64,000 bases of DNA from Candidatus Bathyarchaeota archaeon (GTDB taxonomy: Archaea > Thermoproteota > Bathyarchaeia > Bathyarchaeales > Bathycorpusculaceae). The stretch is from positions 1,395 through 65,394 of the forward strand of contig CAWHSP010000032.1 of the NCBI GenBank assembly GCA_963831865.1, in the 5' to 3' direction. A program made the position numbers and the translations under genes. This document shows, in pieces, positions 23,929 through 34,743 of the stretch; within the stretch, counting starts at the first letter, position 1; each line of letters begins with the position of its first letter. Below the pieces are notes generated by a model, which was given only the letters and a program-made list of their open reading frames with translations, had not been told where the DNA came from and did not search any database.

Positions 23929-25113
23929 TCACGTTCTTCCTTCTTCTAAGCTGGCGCTCAATTCTTTTTCCAATTCGATTGCTGGAATAGAAAGCAGGGA
24001 AACCTGCGTTGACCTACCACGAACAGATGAGGACGTCACTTCAGTTTTCAAAATCCCAATCGATGAAAGAAACTGCGCATAATTCCACACTTGCGTATGA
24101 CCGCTCGGTGTCTCCCCGAATTCTTCGCAGATGACACCGTAGGTTTTCTCGACTTCGCTCAGTGAAGCATAAGCCTGCTCGTTCTCTTTAAAATATCGCG
24201 CTATTGCCAGCAGAAACATTTTCTCATGTAAACTCAGCCTTACCAAATCGCTTCGCTTCACGCCCGGAATAATATTTGATATCGCTATACGTACGCATTC
24301 AGCGGCAACTTGTTCAGAGTCTTGTGCGTCAGCATATTTTCCTGCACGCCATAACAATTCAATGCCGAAGCGGGCATTTCCAGTTTCCTTAAAGGCAAGT
24401 TCGGCAATCAAGTCAACAACATCTTCTTCTACAGTTCCAAGTTCGAATGCCATAGAAACACGGTCGTTTAAGATATCAAAGAGTTGTTGTTTGCCATAGC
24501 GTTCTAGAATTATGATACTACGTTGAAGGGTGCTTCTTGCACTAGCATCCAATTGCTCGAGGGCTTTTAAATCACGCATAATGAAAATAAAGGAGATCCG
24601 CTGAGGTTTGCCCTGCCGCGTTTCCTGGAGTCTCGTGAGTTTGTATACGGCGTCTGAGCCTTCTTTTTCAATGAGGCTGTCAAATTCATCCAAAGTCAGT
24701 ATCATTGAGGCTTTTTCTTCGTCTAAAATCTGCATGAGTGCGGTGAGGACTTCTTCCGAAGAGTAACCACGCATTGGATAATTGGGGCGAAAAGCAGTTA
24801 AGGCTTGATGCAGAATCGGGCTCAGGCTTCCCCGATATTCACGGCAATTAACGTGAACATAGCGGAATTTCATGCCTCTCTTGTTGGCATCTGAGGTTAG
24901 GTTTGCTCCAAAGTGCTGGGCTAGAGCCGTTTTTCCTGTGCCGACATCACCAGTCATAATGACTCTCTGAGACATCCTTTCGGGGCAGCTCAGAATAAAA
25001 CTGAAGAATTCCGTTAACAAACGATGTTCTTTTTCTCTGTGAGGCAGCTTTTGCGGAATGTAATTTATGTCAAGCTTTGATTCATCTTTGAACACGCTTT
25101 GGCGCAACCGCAA
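23929..25113 (-). CDS. cdc6: Orc1/Cdc6 replication initiator family AAA+ ATPase
   Basis: YIPQKLPHRE, GDVGTGKT, VNC, LDEFD, GNARFGI, C-terminal winged helix. Confidence 0.92.
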   Translation of the reverse strand: MRLRQSVFKDESKLDINYIPQKLPHREKEHRLLTEFFSFILSCPERMSQRVIMTGDVGTGKTALAQHFGANLTSDANKRGMKFRYVHVNCREYRGSLSPILHQALTAFRPNYPMRGYSSEEVLTALMQILDEEKASMILTLDEFDSLIEKEGSDAVYKLTRLQETRQGKPQRISFIFIMRDLKALEQLDASARSTLQRSIIILERYGKQQLFDILNDRVSMAFELGTVEEDVVDLIAELAFKETGNARFGIELLWRAGKYADAQDSEQVAAECVRIAISNIIPGVKRSDLVRLSLHEKMFLLAIARYFKENEQAYASLSEVEKTYGVICEEFGETPSGHTQVWNYAQFLSSIGILKTEVTSSSVRGRSTQVSLLSIPAIELEKELSASLEEGRT

Positions 25114-25216
25114 ATCTATTCCTCAATAAACCAATTCTACTGTTTTCACGATAATACTACGTTTTAAAACAAAAGCCTAATAAATGCATTCTGTAATCAT
25201 TGTTTTCCGAAATCAA

Positions 25217-25780
25217 ATGATACCGAAATACTTCTTTCTAACGAAGGGAGTTGGCAAACATAAAGAGCAACTCCAATCTTTTGAACTGGCCCTCAGAGAC
25301 GCAGGCATACAATTTTGCAACTTAGTCAGCGTTTCAAGCATCGTTCCTCCTGGATGCGAGCAGCTTACACGGGAAAAAGGCTTAAAACTGGTGCAGCCAG
25401 GCGAAATTACTTTTGTGGTTATCGCCCGCAACTCAACCAATGAACCTCACAGACTCGTCGCGTCATCAATCGGCGTAGCAATTCCGTCAGGTAAAAACCA
25501 GTACGGCTACCTGTCAGAACACCATTCTTATGGACAGACAGATGAGTCAGCAGGTAACTACGCGGAAGACTTGGCGGCAACAATGCTTGCAACAACCATG
25601 GGCATTCAATTTGATCCAGAAACAGCTTGGGACGAACGAAAACAACTCTTCAAAACCACAGGTTTAATCATCAAAACAGCCAACATAACTCAGTCTGCAG
25701 CAGGAGACAAAAACGGGTTATGGACAACAACCGTTGCCGCAGCAGTCTTCTGTCGAGAAGACAACAGACCAAAAAAATAA
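25217..25780 (+). CDS. pdaD: Pyruvoyl-dependent arginine decarboxylase
   Basis: [22 protein letters not shown] cleavage site, GYLSEHH. Confidence 0.92.
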   Translation: MIPKYFFLTKGVGKHKEQLQSFELALRDAGIQFCNLVSVSSIVPPGCEQLTREKGLKLVQPGEITFVVIARNSTNEPHRLVASSIGVAIPSGKNQYGYLSEHHSYGQTDESAGNYAEDLAATMLATTMGIQFDPETAWDERKQLFKTTGLIIKTANITQSAAGDKNGLWTTTVAAAVFCREDNRPKK

Positions 25781-25827
25781 GCTAGTTAATCAGCCCAATT
25801 TTTAGGGCTTTTATATTTCTTGAATCT

Positions 25828-26364
25828 TCATTTAAGTTCTTGGTAGCGTTCCATCGCCGCCAACACAACCTGTTTAGCTTCTTGCGGTTTCTTCCAGCCC
25901 TTAACTTTAGCCCACTTGCAAGGCTCCAGCCGCTTATATGTTGTGAAGAACTCTTGAATCTCTTTCAGCTGATATTCGGGAACATCAGTCAAGTCCTTGT
26001 AACCTTCAAAACGCAAGTCATTTAATAGAACCGACAAAATCTTGTTATCCAAACCCTTCTCATCCTCCATCACTAGCAAGCCAATTACTCGGACCTTAGC
26101 AACTGTACCAACTTCCAACGGCTCATAAGTCAACGCCATTATGTCTAGTGGGTCGCCATCTTCAGAGAATGTTTGAGGCACAAACCCGTACTCAACTGGA
26201 AAAACCACTGATGAAGGAATAATGCGGTTTAGAACGAAGGCTTCCCACTCGGATTTGTACTCAAACTTGTCTCTTGAGCCACTGTTCACTTCAATAACCA
26301 TGTTTAAAAATTCCGGCGGATTATCGCCTGCAGGAATTTGCTTCCAAAAATTCAAGCTTTTCAC
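25828..26364 (-). CDS. ppa: Family I inorganic pyrophosphatase
   Basis: YGFVPQT..DGDPLD, DEKGLDNK, FFTTYKRLE. Confidence 0.95.
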   Translation of the reverse strand: MKSLNFWKQIPAGDNPPEFLNMVIEVNSGSRDKFEYKSEWEAFVLNRIIPSSVVFPVEYGFVPQTFSEDGDPLDIMALTYEPLEVGTVAKVRVIGLLVMEDEKGLDNKILSVLLNDLRFEGYKDLTDVPEYQLKEIQEFFTTYKRLEPCKWAKVKGWKKPQEAKQVVLAAMERYQELK

Positions 26365-26517
26365 TTCGTTTACGCAGAAGAAAAACGTTTCATTTAAGCC
26401 TTCTCAAATTTTTAACTTTCAAGTTCGGTTTGGTGGGCTCTAAACCTGACGCTTAAGACTTTAAGCTGGAAACTTCTTATCCCTCAGCTAACAATAACAC
26501 CTGACGGGGAAACGAAA

Positions 26518-26964
26518 ATCAGCGAAACCATAGAGTTCCCAAAAACCTTTACAATATTAGGAAACCTTGCCCTTGCGCTATGGATTACTCTCGATATCAT
26601 TGCTTTCCTACTCATCAACTTGGCAGCTGGAGTAGTATTCCTATTGGTTGCACTCATCGGCATCTATGGCGTACTCAAGTTTTTAGGCTGCCTGAGACCC
26701 TGCTACAACTGCACAAAATGCACCTTTGGCTTAGGCAGGCTATCTGCCTTGTATTTTGGAAAGCGCAACCTCAAAGACTATAAACAAACCTACGGCATAG
26801 CCACAGCCATATTTTTCTACGCCCTAATCGGTCCATTTCCAGCCGCAATTCTGCTGATATCAACAATCCAAACGTTTTCAATAATCAAAATTGCCTTTTT
26901 GCTTTCTCTCATTATAATTTTGGTTTATAGCGGAATGACTTGGCGCCCAAATGGAAAATCGTAA
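26518..26964 (+). CDS. Small membrane protein with a CxxCxxCxxC motif; the frame extends upstream to an ATC at 26518
   Basis: Four hydrophobic segments; CLRPCYNCTKC. Confidence 0.65.
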   Translation: MSETIEFPKTFTILGNLALALWITLDIIAFLLINLAAGVVFLLVALIGIYGVLKFLGCLRPCYNCTKCTFGLGRLSALYFGKRNLKDYKQTYGIATAIFFYALIGPFPAAILLISTIQTFSIIKIAFLLSLIIILVYSGMTWRPNGKS

Positions 26965-26986
26965 TATTAATAATTGCAAACCCAAA

Positions 26987-27778
26987 TCATTGTTCTTTAG
27001 GGTTAAAGAACGATTCTAACTTTGAATTTTCAGTCTTCTTAAGAACTTCAGCACAAATTTTGGGGTCTAGCGCCTTGAACTCCAATCCAAGAGTAACCAA
27101 CAATCTTTGCACGTCTTTACCAAGGCTAGGGGCAACCAGCACCGCTCGGACCTCACGGTTCACCTTGGCCTTAATGGGTTCAATGTACTTTGCCAATTGC
27201 AGAGCAGCTTCTTTAGAAGCGGTTTTGCGTTTAACTTCAACTATAACTAGTCTGCCGTTTTTGTCTTCGCCGTAGATGTCTACGAAGCCTGGCTCAACTT
27301 TCTTCTCCCAGCTGATCGGCTTAAATCCCTCTTCAAGAAGTTCAGGCTTAAGAAGAATGGCACGGTGCATGTCATCTTCGCTTGCATGTAAAAGAAAATC
27401 TCCTGAATCTGATAAGTTAAGTGAGGAAGCCATGTAGATGTTGTTGAAGGTTACTCGGACGCTTTCACGTGGCTTCTGGCGGATTCCATGAACTTCGAGC
27501 TCATCGTCTTTGATTTGGACATGGAAGACACTACCTGCTGGTTGCCAGTTGACAGGTTCATAGCCGACTGGACGGTGGACAAGAAGCGACCCATCCGATT
27601 TGATAATTAAGACGCGCTCGCCGCTTTCAAGATTTGAACTTGCTCTACCAACGTAATGGACGCGACATGTACCAACAACGATAAGAGTTCTTCTTTGAGC
27701 GAAAGCTTTCTCAATTAGCGTGACGGCTTCCGCAAGTGTTGGTTGGGTTAGAACTGAGATCTTATTGGATTGCAGCAT
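26987..27778 (-). CDS. nucS: Endonuclease NucS/EndoMS
   Basis: YVGRA, KSDGSLLVH, PVNWQP, VDIYGED..EVKR..QLAKY. Confidence 0.95.
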   Translation of the reverse strand: MLQSNKISVLTQPTLAEAVTLIEKAFAQRRTLIVVGTCRVHYVGRASSNLESGERVLIIKSDGSLLVHRPVGYEPVNWQPAGSVFHVQIKDDELEVHGIRQKPRESVRVTFNNIYMASSLNLSDSGDFLLHASEDDMHRAILLKPELLEEGFKPISWEKKVEPGFVDIYGEDKNGRLVIVEVKRKTASKEAALQLAKYIEPIKAKVNREVRAVLVAPSLGKDVQRLLVTLGLEFKALDPKICAEVLKKTENSKLESFFNPKEQ

Positions 27779-27826
27779 TTGTTTTCAGCCAACTATTTTA
27801 GTCAGAGCTTAGGTACATAAGAATTC

Positions 27827-28399
27827 TTGAAGGACTTGGCATTGACAGGTTGGAAAGACAAACGCACAGTAATGCAACGCTACAATTTGACAGCGGAAAT
27901 GTACGAGGGACGCTATGCAAAAGAACAGAAGCCAAAATACGTGGCAGCGCTGGAAAACGTTGCCGTCGCCGATGAAGTGGTTCTAGATGTCGGTTGCGGA
28001 AGCGGCTTATTTTTCAGAGAAATCGCTGCCAAAGCGAAAATGGTAATAGGCTTAGATATTTCACATAAGCTACTGCTACAAGCCAAACATCATGCGGCTG
28101 CCTTTGGAAATGTTTTTGTTTTGCAGGCTGACGCTGACTATTTACCTTTTAGAGACGGCGTCTTTGATTTGGTTTTTGCGTTTACATTGCTTCAGAATAT
28201 GCCTAAACCTTCAGCAACGTTAAAGGAGTTAAAGTCTGTTGCTAAGCCTGCTGGAAGGGTTGTGGTGACTGGATTAAAGAGGTTTTTTTCGCTTACTGCT
28301 TTTATGAATTTCCTTGAAGCGTCGGGTTTGACGTTGGTTACTTTTGTTGACCGGGAAGATTTGAAGTGTTATGTTTCTGTGCTGACGCTTAGCAATTGA
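27827..28399 (+). CDS. Class I SAM-dependent methyltransferase
   Basis: VLDVGCGSG, GLDIS, ADADYLPF..FDLV. Confidence 0.88.
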   Translation: MKDLALTGWKDKRTVMQRYNLTAEMYEGRYAKEQKPKYVAALENVAVADEVVLDVGCGSGLFFREIAAKAKMVIGLDISHKLLLQAKHHAAAFGNVFVLQADADYLPFRDGVFDLVFAFTLLQNMPKPSATLKELKSVAKPAGRVVVTGLKRFFSLTAFMNFLEASGLTLVTFVDREDLKCYVSVLTLSN

Positions 28400-29655
28400 A
28401 CGTCTGCAACTTGACCTGTGTCTGCGTAGATTCCGACAGCTACTTCATTTTTGCCTCCTGCATAAATCCGATCTAAGCTCATTTCTACGTACCAATATGG
28501 AATCAGAGCTATTGAATTGCCGCGTGTATGCGGGACAAGCTGAGTGGACAAGGGATCACCTTTTACTTTGAAATTGCTTACTTGTTGGCCTTCAATCGTG
28601 TATGTTAGAGTGCCAACGTAGTTTTTGGCAATAGTTACTGCTTGGTTTTGGGAAATCAATAGGTCGGTGCTGCCGACTGTAAATAACCAATAACCATCGG
28701 TCATTATAGTTAAAGTGCTGCCTTGAAAAGTCATCTGCAAACCTTTACTTTGGAAATCAATCCCACCTTGATGGCACATCCAATAGAACACGACATTACC
28801 GCCTGTATTAGTTATTTGCAGTGCCATGTCACCTTGTATTAATTCTTGATTCGAAGTGTTGGTCACTGCGGCGAGCAAATTAACCATTTGAGTTATGTAT
28901 GCATCGCCTGAGTATGCCTGATACCGTATGAGTGTAGAATTTGCATTTTGAAGAACAGCGGTTGGTTGAGGCTGCGAAAAGATTGGTGAACTTTCAATCA
29001 TATTAAGTTCATAACGTGAGAAGTGAGTGCCTCTAAAGCGCAGGTTGACATCTATATTGCTTTCTGGACTAGTTAATGAGCACTTTATGACGTCTTCAGA
29101 AATGTTGAAGTCAGTGCGGTACGTAATAGTATTACCCAAATTTATCGTGTAATTTCTAACATCGATTTGAGAAACATTTGCGAGAAAAGCAGCCACTTTG
29201 TCAGATCCCATACCCCAAGACATCAACTGCTGGTTCTCAGCGGAAAGCGACCTCTGACTGGCGGATAACTGATTTACCGACATAAATTGAAAAGTAGACG
29301 TCCCAGCCAAAAGAACGACTGCAATGAGCAGCGATCCAAAAATTGCTTTCCATTTCAAATTCAGTTTTATTCGGCGCTTTGTTTCTGTCTGTGGCGCTTC
29401 TTCTACACCATTCATCGCGCTTACTGTGGCTAAGCCGAAGGTGGAAAGCTTGTACTGGCCATTGTCCAGTTTAGAAACCAGTTCACCAAGACTTTCAAGA
29501 TGATAAGTTAAATGTGAAGTGGAAACTCCAAGGTGTTCGACCATCTCCATAAATGTCATAGGTTTGTTGGCAAGCATTCGAAGAATTTTGCGACGAACAG
29601 GATGCTTAAGTGAAGTGAACATGATCGAGTAGATTTCTTCTTCAGAGACAGCCAT
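28369..29655 (-). CDS. Membrane-anchored transcription regulator: N-terminal ArsR-like wHTH, TM helix and large extracellular domain
   Basis: LKHPVRRKILRML..SHLTYHLESL; hydrophobic helix near aa 105-125. Confidence 0.8.
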   Translation of the reverse strand: MAVSEEEIYSIMFTSLKHPVRRKILRMLANKPMTFMEMVEHLGVSTSHLTYHLESLGELVSKLDNGQYKLSTFGLATVSAMNGVEEAPQTETKRRIKLNLKWKAIFGSLLIAVVLLAGTSTFQFMSVNQLSASQRSLSAENQQLMSWGMGSDKVAAFLANVSQIDVRNYTINLGNTITYRTDFNISEDVIKCSLTSPESNIDVNLRFRGTHFSRYELNMIESSPIFSQPQPTAVLQNANSTLIRYQAYSGDAYITQMVNLLAAVTNTSNQELIQGDMALQITNTGGNVVFYWMCHQGGIDFQSKGLQMTFQGSTLTIMTDGYWLFTVGSTDLLISQNQAVTIAKNYVGTLTYTIEGQQVSNFKVKGDPLSTQLVPHTRGNSIALIPYWYVEMSLDRIYAGGKNEVAVGIYADTGQVADVQLLSVSTET

Positions 29656-29799
29656 GCAATCCCCTGCTGAAGTATACGATGATTAAGGCTATAAGATTTA
29701 CATAAAACCGCCGATATTCAACCAAATAGTTAGTCAAGAGAGGAGACCGTGTGAAAAGTCGCCTCTTTTTTGCTTGAAGTATGGTAAAGCTTAAATGCT

Positions 29800-29820
29800 T
29801 ATAGCTCTAATAGAGCTATA
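29800..29820. promoter_or_regulatory. Perfect 21-bp palindrome, a probable operator of the IS promoter
   Basis: TATAGCTCTA-A-TAGAGCTATA between TTAAAT (29791) and the ATG (29831). Confidence 0.6.
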
Positions 29821-29830
29821 TGTGATTTGC

Positions 29831-30007
29831 ATGCCTAAAAAAGTCAACTTTCAAACAACAAACGAACTCAAACTAAACGGAATAGTAGGCTTTGTAAAAA
29901 GAAAAGTCACCCCCCACGGCACAGGCGCCAAAGTAACCTGCCCAAAAGAGTACCTTGGCAAAACAGCCTACCTAGTCATAACAGACGAACCATACACTGA
30001 GGAATAG
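29831..30007 (+). CDS. DUF2080 family transposon-associated protein
   Basis: RKVTPHGTGAKVTCPKEYLGKTAYLVI. Confidence 0.8.
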   Translation: MPKKVNFQTTNELKLNGIVGFVKRKVTPHGTGAKVTCPKEYLGKTAYLVITDEPYTEE

Positions 30008-30011
30008 CAAA

Positions 30012-31500
30012 ATGAGCCAAACACCAGACGACTACGTAGAAGGCCTAAACAGAAAACAAACATTCCTACTGCCCAAAACAATAGAAGAATACGTAGAAAC
30101 GGACAATCCAGTCAGGTTCATAGATGCATACGTAAACACGCTTGACATGGAAAAGTTAGGCTTCACCCACTCAACGCCGCAAGATCTTGGAAGACCATCA
30201 TACAACCCAAAGGACCTGTGCAAACTCTACCTCTACGGAGGCCTAAACCACATCCGATCAAGCAGAAAGCTTGAGCGAGAATGCAAAACAAACCTTGAAG
30301 CCATGTGGCTTCTCAAAGGCTTAGCGCCTGACTTTAAGACTATAGCGGATTTTAGAAAAGACAACCCAGCAGCCATAGGCGCCTTATTCAAGGATTTTGT
30401 AGCTTTCTTAAAAGATCTCAGCCTCTATGGAGCAAAACAAGTAACCGTAGATGGCACCAAACTGCGGGCTGTCAATTCCAACTATAAAGCCTTCACCCAA
30501 AGAGCACTGGCAAAGAGAATAAAAGTCATGGAAAAATCGGTAACACATTACCTTGAAGAGTTGGATGCTGCAGATAAGCAGGAAGCATCTGATGAGCAAC
30601 AAGCCAATGGCGAAGTAAGTGAAGACGCAAAGGCTTTTGAAGTAGACAAACTGGCTGCTTTGCTTGAGAAAAAGCAGAAATCTGAAGAAATTCTTGATAA
30701 AATGGAAAAGAGCGGCCAAACAGAGGTTGCTCTTAACTGATCCGGATTGTCGGCAGATGATGAATCATGGCAGAGTAGAATCCTGCTATAATATGCAGGC
30801 AGCTGTGGATTCTAAAAACCATCTTATCGTTAATTATTTGGTGACTAACGAGGCTTCAGATCTAAATCAACTCAGCGGCGTAGCGATAAGCGCTAAAGAA
30901 ACACTTGGTGTTGAGCAGATTGATTGTATTTCTGATAAGGGGTATTTTGATTTTATGCAAATCAAGCAATGTGTCGACAATGGAGTTACTCCTTATGTTG
31001 CGGTAAAGAGGTCAGGAAGCGGCGGCAGTATTGTATCGCCAGAGTTTACTGCTGACAAATTTCGCTATGACAAGGATGCGGATGTGTATGTTTGTCCGGC
31101 TGGACAGCGTCTTTTCTTTCACTTCTGTACGTTTCAGGATGGGATGGATAGGCGAGTTTACAAGTGCCAGAAGGGTGTTTGTTCTTCATGCCAGTTTTTT
31201 ATGACTAAATGTACAGGCAATAAGACTGGACGGTTGATTTGGCGTTGGGTCCATGAGGAGGTTGTGGATGATTTGAGAGAGCGTATGAAGTTGCATCCTG
31301 AGGTTATGGATGAGCGCAAAAAGGTGGTTGAGCATACGTTTGGGACTTTGAAGAGGGCGTTTGGTGCTCCTTATTTGTTGCTTAAAGGTCTTAGGAAGGT
31401 TAGTGGAGAGGTCGGGTTGCTTTTGTTGTCTTATAATTTGAGGAGAGTTTTGAACATTCTTGGAGTCGAAGCGCTAATTGGTGCGCTTGTTAAGAAATAA
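30012..31500 (+). CDS. IS1182-family DDE transposase; frameshift near 30730
   Basis: GRPSYNP, SSRKLE, PDFKTIADFR, DGTK, TDPD, YNMQ, DKGY, VEHTFGTLK. Confidence 0.92.
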
Positions 31501-31629
31501 AGAGTAAGAGAAGAATAAAATCAAGAAGAGAAAATGGTAATTCCTCAAGCTTTCAACCGGTCATTATGTTGATTTTTTACACGGTCTCAAAGTTTGACTT
31601 AAAATCGTCCAAGTTAGGTACGAACTCTT

Positions 31630-31940
31630 TCATGGTTTTAAACTGCGATTCATGTGAACACTCTACAGCTCATTATATTTTGTCCATTCTTCATGTCCAA
31701 GTCTTTCCACTTCTTCTACCGTTGTCGCTCTCGCCGTCTCGCAGTCGTTTTAATTGAAAACAACAACCTGTTGGTGTATCTGTCCGTACTTGATAGCGAT
31801 TTATGTCCAAGTTCTTGTTGTACTTCCTTCTTGTGTTCCTCCATTTTATCAACCTATACGCGAAATTGTAGCAGAAAAGTATGAAGATGTATCTGTTTTA
31901 GATGCGGGGGTTCAAAAGAGAGTTTGCGAACCGAACTAGT
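31630..31940 (-). pseudogene. C-terminal remnant of a tyrosine integrase
   Basis: Manual translation across frameshifts: LNPRI..QIHLHTF(R)YNFAYRL..VQQELGHKSLSSTDRY..ARATTVEEVERL, giving the HxxR and LGH..T..Y catalytic motifs. Confidence 0.75.
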
Positions 31941-32132
31941 AAGAGAGCAAAGTAACCCCAACCTTCCGGTTTTCACTAGAAATTTCAACGATCTCTAAAC
32001 CGACATACTTGGTTTTAGAATTGAGGATAAAATTACAAAAGATAAGTCGTTTTTGATTTTGGTAGACAGATTGATTAAGAACATTGAAGAATAAAAAAAC
32101 CAATTAACAAAAGAGTAGCTAAAGAGCAGGTG

Positions 32133-33667
32133 ATGATCGGTTCCCAGTATAGAGATAGTAATTGCGGCGTTTCTGCTGATAGCTTTCTTAGCCGCGGTCC
32201 TATCACACAAGCTTAAGGTACCTTATACACTAGTTTTGGTCTTAGAAGGAGTTATAATAACCGTTGTCCTCTTCTTGCTTGAATCACAAGGGCTAGATCC
32301 TGGCTTCTCAATTGAGATCACTCTACAGTCAGCTTCTCGCAGGTGGTCTTTTCGTGGGATTAGTGGTTCCACCTTTGATTTTCGAGGCAATGATTCATCT
32401 TCGTGCAAGTGACCTGCGAGCGGTAATCAAGCCTTCGTTAACCTTGGCAACCGTCGGCGTCTTGATAGCGACTGTTGTTGGAGGGCTTATTTTGTGGAAA
32501 ATCTTTGGTCTATCTCCGTATGTTTCTTTTCTTTTCGCTGCGCTAATTGCTCCCACAGATACGGTTACGGTTTTAGAAGTTTTTCGACGTGTAAGTGTTC
32601 CCTCTAAACTTTCAACGCTGCTTGATACAGAAGCGGCTTTCAACGACGCAACGGGCATTGTTATTTTTACATTAATTCTTTCCGCTATTAGTCTTCACGA
32701 GTTCTCTTTAACGCAAACGTTGTTCAGCTTTAGCTTTACTCTAGGTGCAGGTGTCTTCATTGGGCTGGTAGTTGCATTCATAGGTGAATTACTGTCAAGC
32801 TTGATAGAGGACCGAGTGGCTGAAACCATCTTAGCGATAGCAGTTGTTTACGGGTCATATGCTTTAGCAAATGGAATAGGCGCTTCCGGGCTAATTGCAG
32901 TCGCAGTTGCAGGGTTATACTTTGGCAACTACACAATGCGATCTGCCATGGAACCCGCTTCGAGAGAAGCGGTAACGACCTTTTGGGCTATAGCTGCCTT
33001 CCTTGGCAACACCATAGCCTTTCTGATCATCGGCTTCCAGACAAATATTTTCACTCTTTCACAATCAATTCTGCTCATTATTGCTGCCTTCGCCGCCGTA
33101 ACCGTAGCCAGAGCTGCCACAGTTTATCCAATCCTCGGGGTCTTTAACAAATTTGGAAATAAGATATCCGCAGTATGGTATAATGTAGCCATGCTTAGCG
33201 GAGTTAAAGGTGCCTTGTCAATAGCTCTAGCGGCCACGATAACAACTTCAGCTGTCATTACCCTGAGCGATATTCAAACCATAAACGCAATGGTGTTGGG
33301 TGTAGCATTTATCTCAATCGTGCTTCAGGTGCCTTTGCTGTTTCGATATGTTAGGAAAAGAATGCCCCAAACTGACATTGTTTCAGATATAGTAATTGAG
33401 GAACAATTTGAGTTGATGGCTTCGCATATTGAACAATTAAGAAAGCTGAAATCAGAGGGTGAAATATCCAGCGAAGAATTCACAGAAAGTATCGAAGAGA
33501 ACAAGAAGAAACTTGATGACCTTATTGCAAAATCTCCCGTTACGATTGAAACCAAAAAAATTATTCGTGCAAGAGCATCAGCATTATATGCTTCTTTCCC
33601 AAAAATTCCCAAACGCAAAACCAAAGATAAAAACGAAAAAGCAAAAACCAAAAAAACAGAAAAATAA
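32133..33667 (+). CDS. CPA1/NhaP Na+/H+ antiporter; N-terminus frameshifted
   Basis: KLKVPYT, PPLIFEA, APTDTV, EAAFNDATGI, GVKGALS. Confidence 0.88.
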
Positions 33668-33699
33668 CTTGTGTTTTTTAATTTTAGAAAATGCGAAAG

Positions 33700-34118
33700 C
33701 TATTTTGAACGAATTGCCCTTAGTACCGTTAACGCTGCGTCATTCTCTAACTCGTTTATTATGTCGTTGATATTTTCTGCGTTCAGTGCCAGTGCCAATT
33801 GAGCTCTCTGGGTTATTTCTTAAAGGAATGTTTCGCCGCCTTGTTTGGTATCTCTTTTGCCTGTTCTTCTGAGGTAACCTTTGGCTTCAAGGGCTTTTAT
33901 TCGAAGGTAATAACTGCATATTCTTTTCGCGTGAAGCCTCTTATCTTAGTTATTTGCTTCAAAATACCCCATATCGTTTCAGAAGCCCCATTGTCGAGAG
34001 TTTGGAATATGGCGCGGTTTAGTTTAGCCTCTCTTCCACTAAACAAAAGTTCTGTACCCTTGCTCTTCTTCCGAGCAAAAGTTTTCTGCTTTCCCCTTAA
34101 CTCAAGAAGATCAAGCAT
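33700..34118 (-). pseudogene. Winged-helix DNA-binding protein of the integrated element, disrupted
   Basis: LFSGREAKLNRAIFQTL..TIWGI continues after a break as KALEAKGYLRRTG..ITQRAQLAL. Confidence 0.55.
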
Positions 34119-34182
34119 AGCGCTGGATGCTACTTATTAAATTGACCTAACCTTTTTCGGCGGTTTTTTGCGAGGCAAAATC

Positions 34183-34356
34183 TTTCTACGGTAGAAACGT
34201 CTTGAACAAAATTATTTCAGCGACCTTAGTTAAACAAAAATATAGGTCAACGAAGAAGATTAAGCCTAAAAGCGATTCTCTTTGTTTTTTGCTGCGTTTT
34301 GTCGGGGTCATTTCCACGGTGGAAACGTTTTTGTAATAACATTTTTACAGTAGAAG
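34183..34356. promoter_or_regulatory. Three 15-bp palindromic operator-like sites
   Basis: TTTCTAC-G-GTAGAAA (34183), TTTCCAC-G-GTGGAAA (34311), TTTTTAC-A-GTAGAAG (34342). Confidence 0.6.
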
Positions 34357-34743
34357 GCCAAAAGAGCCAAACCAGATTCTGTTAGCGGGGGCAAAATCAA
34401 CAAACAAAATGAAAGAAAAAACAACAACACAACAATTCACCTTAGGGTCTTGTCTTTCGCCAAGTATGAAAGTTGTTAGGGTTATCCATAGGCTATATTA
34501 GTCTAAATAAGACGAAAATCGAGTCAGAGAAATTATAAGCTTTTTCCTATCCGTATCATTAAGGAAATCTAATTCGGCAAGTTTTTCAAACAGCCCGTTA
34601 TGGGAGAAAAATTGTACCCCAAAAAAGTGAGAGCCTACCCCCTACAACCAAGCGGATTTGTGCCCCTGCAAGATATTAGAGATTCAAACTCAATATGCTA
34701 ATACTCTAAAGTTGCCTAAAAAGAGATTTATGATAGTTCTATT

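Larger units (their letters stand above)
29743..31588 (+). mobile_element. IS1182-family insertion sequence carrying a DUF2080 gene and a transposase
   Basis: Terminal IRs GAGACCGTGTGAAAAGTC (29743-29760) and GATTTTTTACACGGTCTC (31571-31588), 16/18 match; flanks AGAG and AAAG. Confidence 0.88.
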
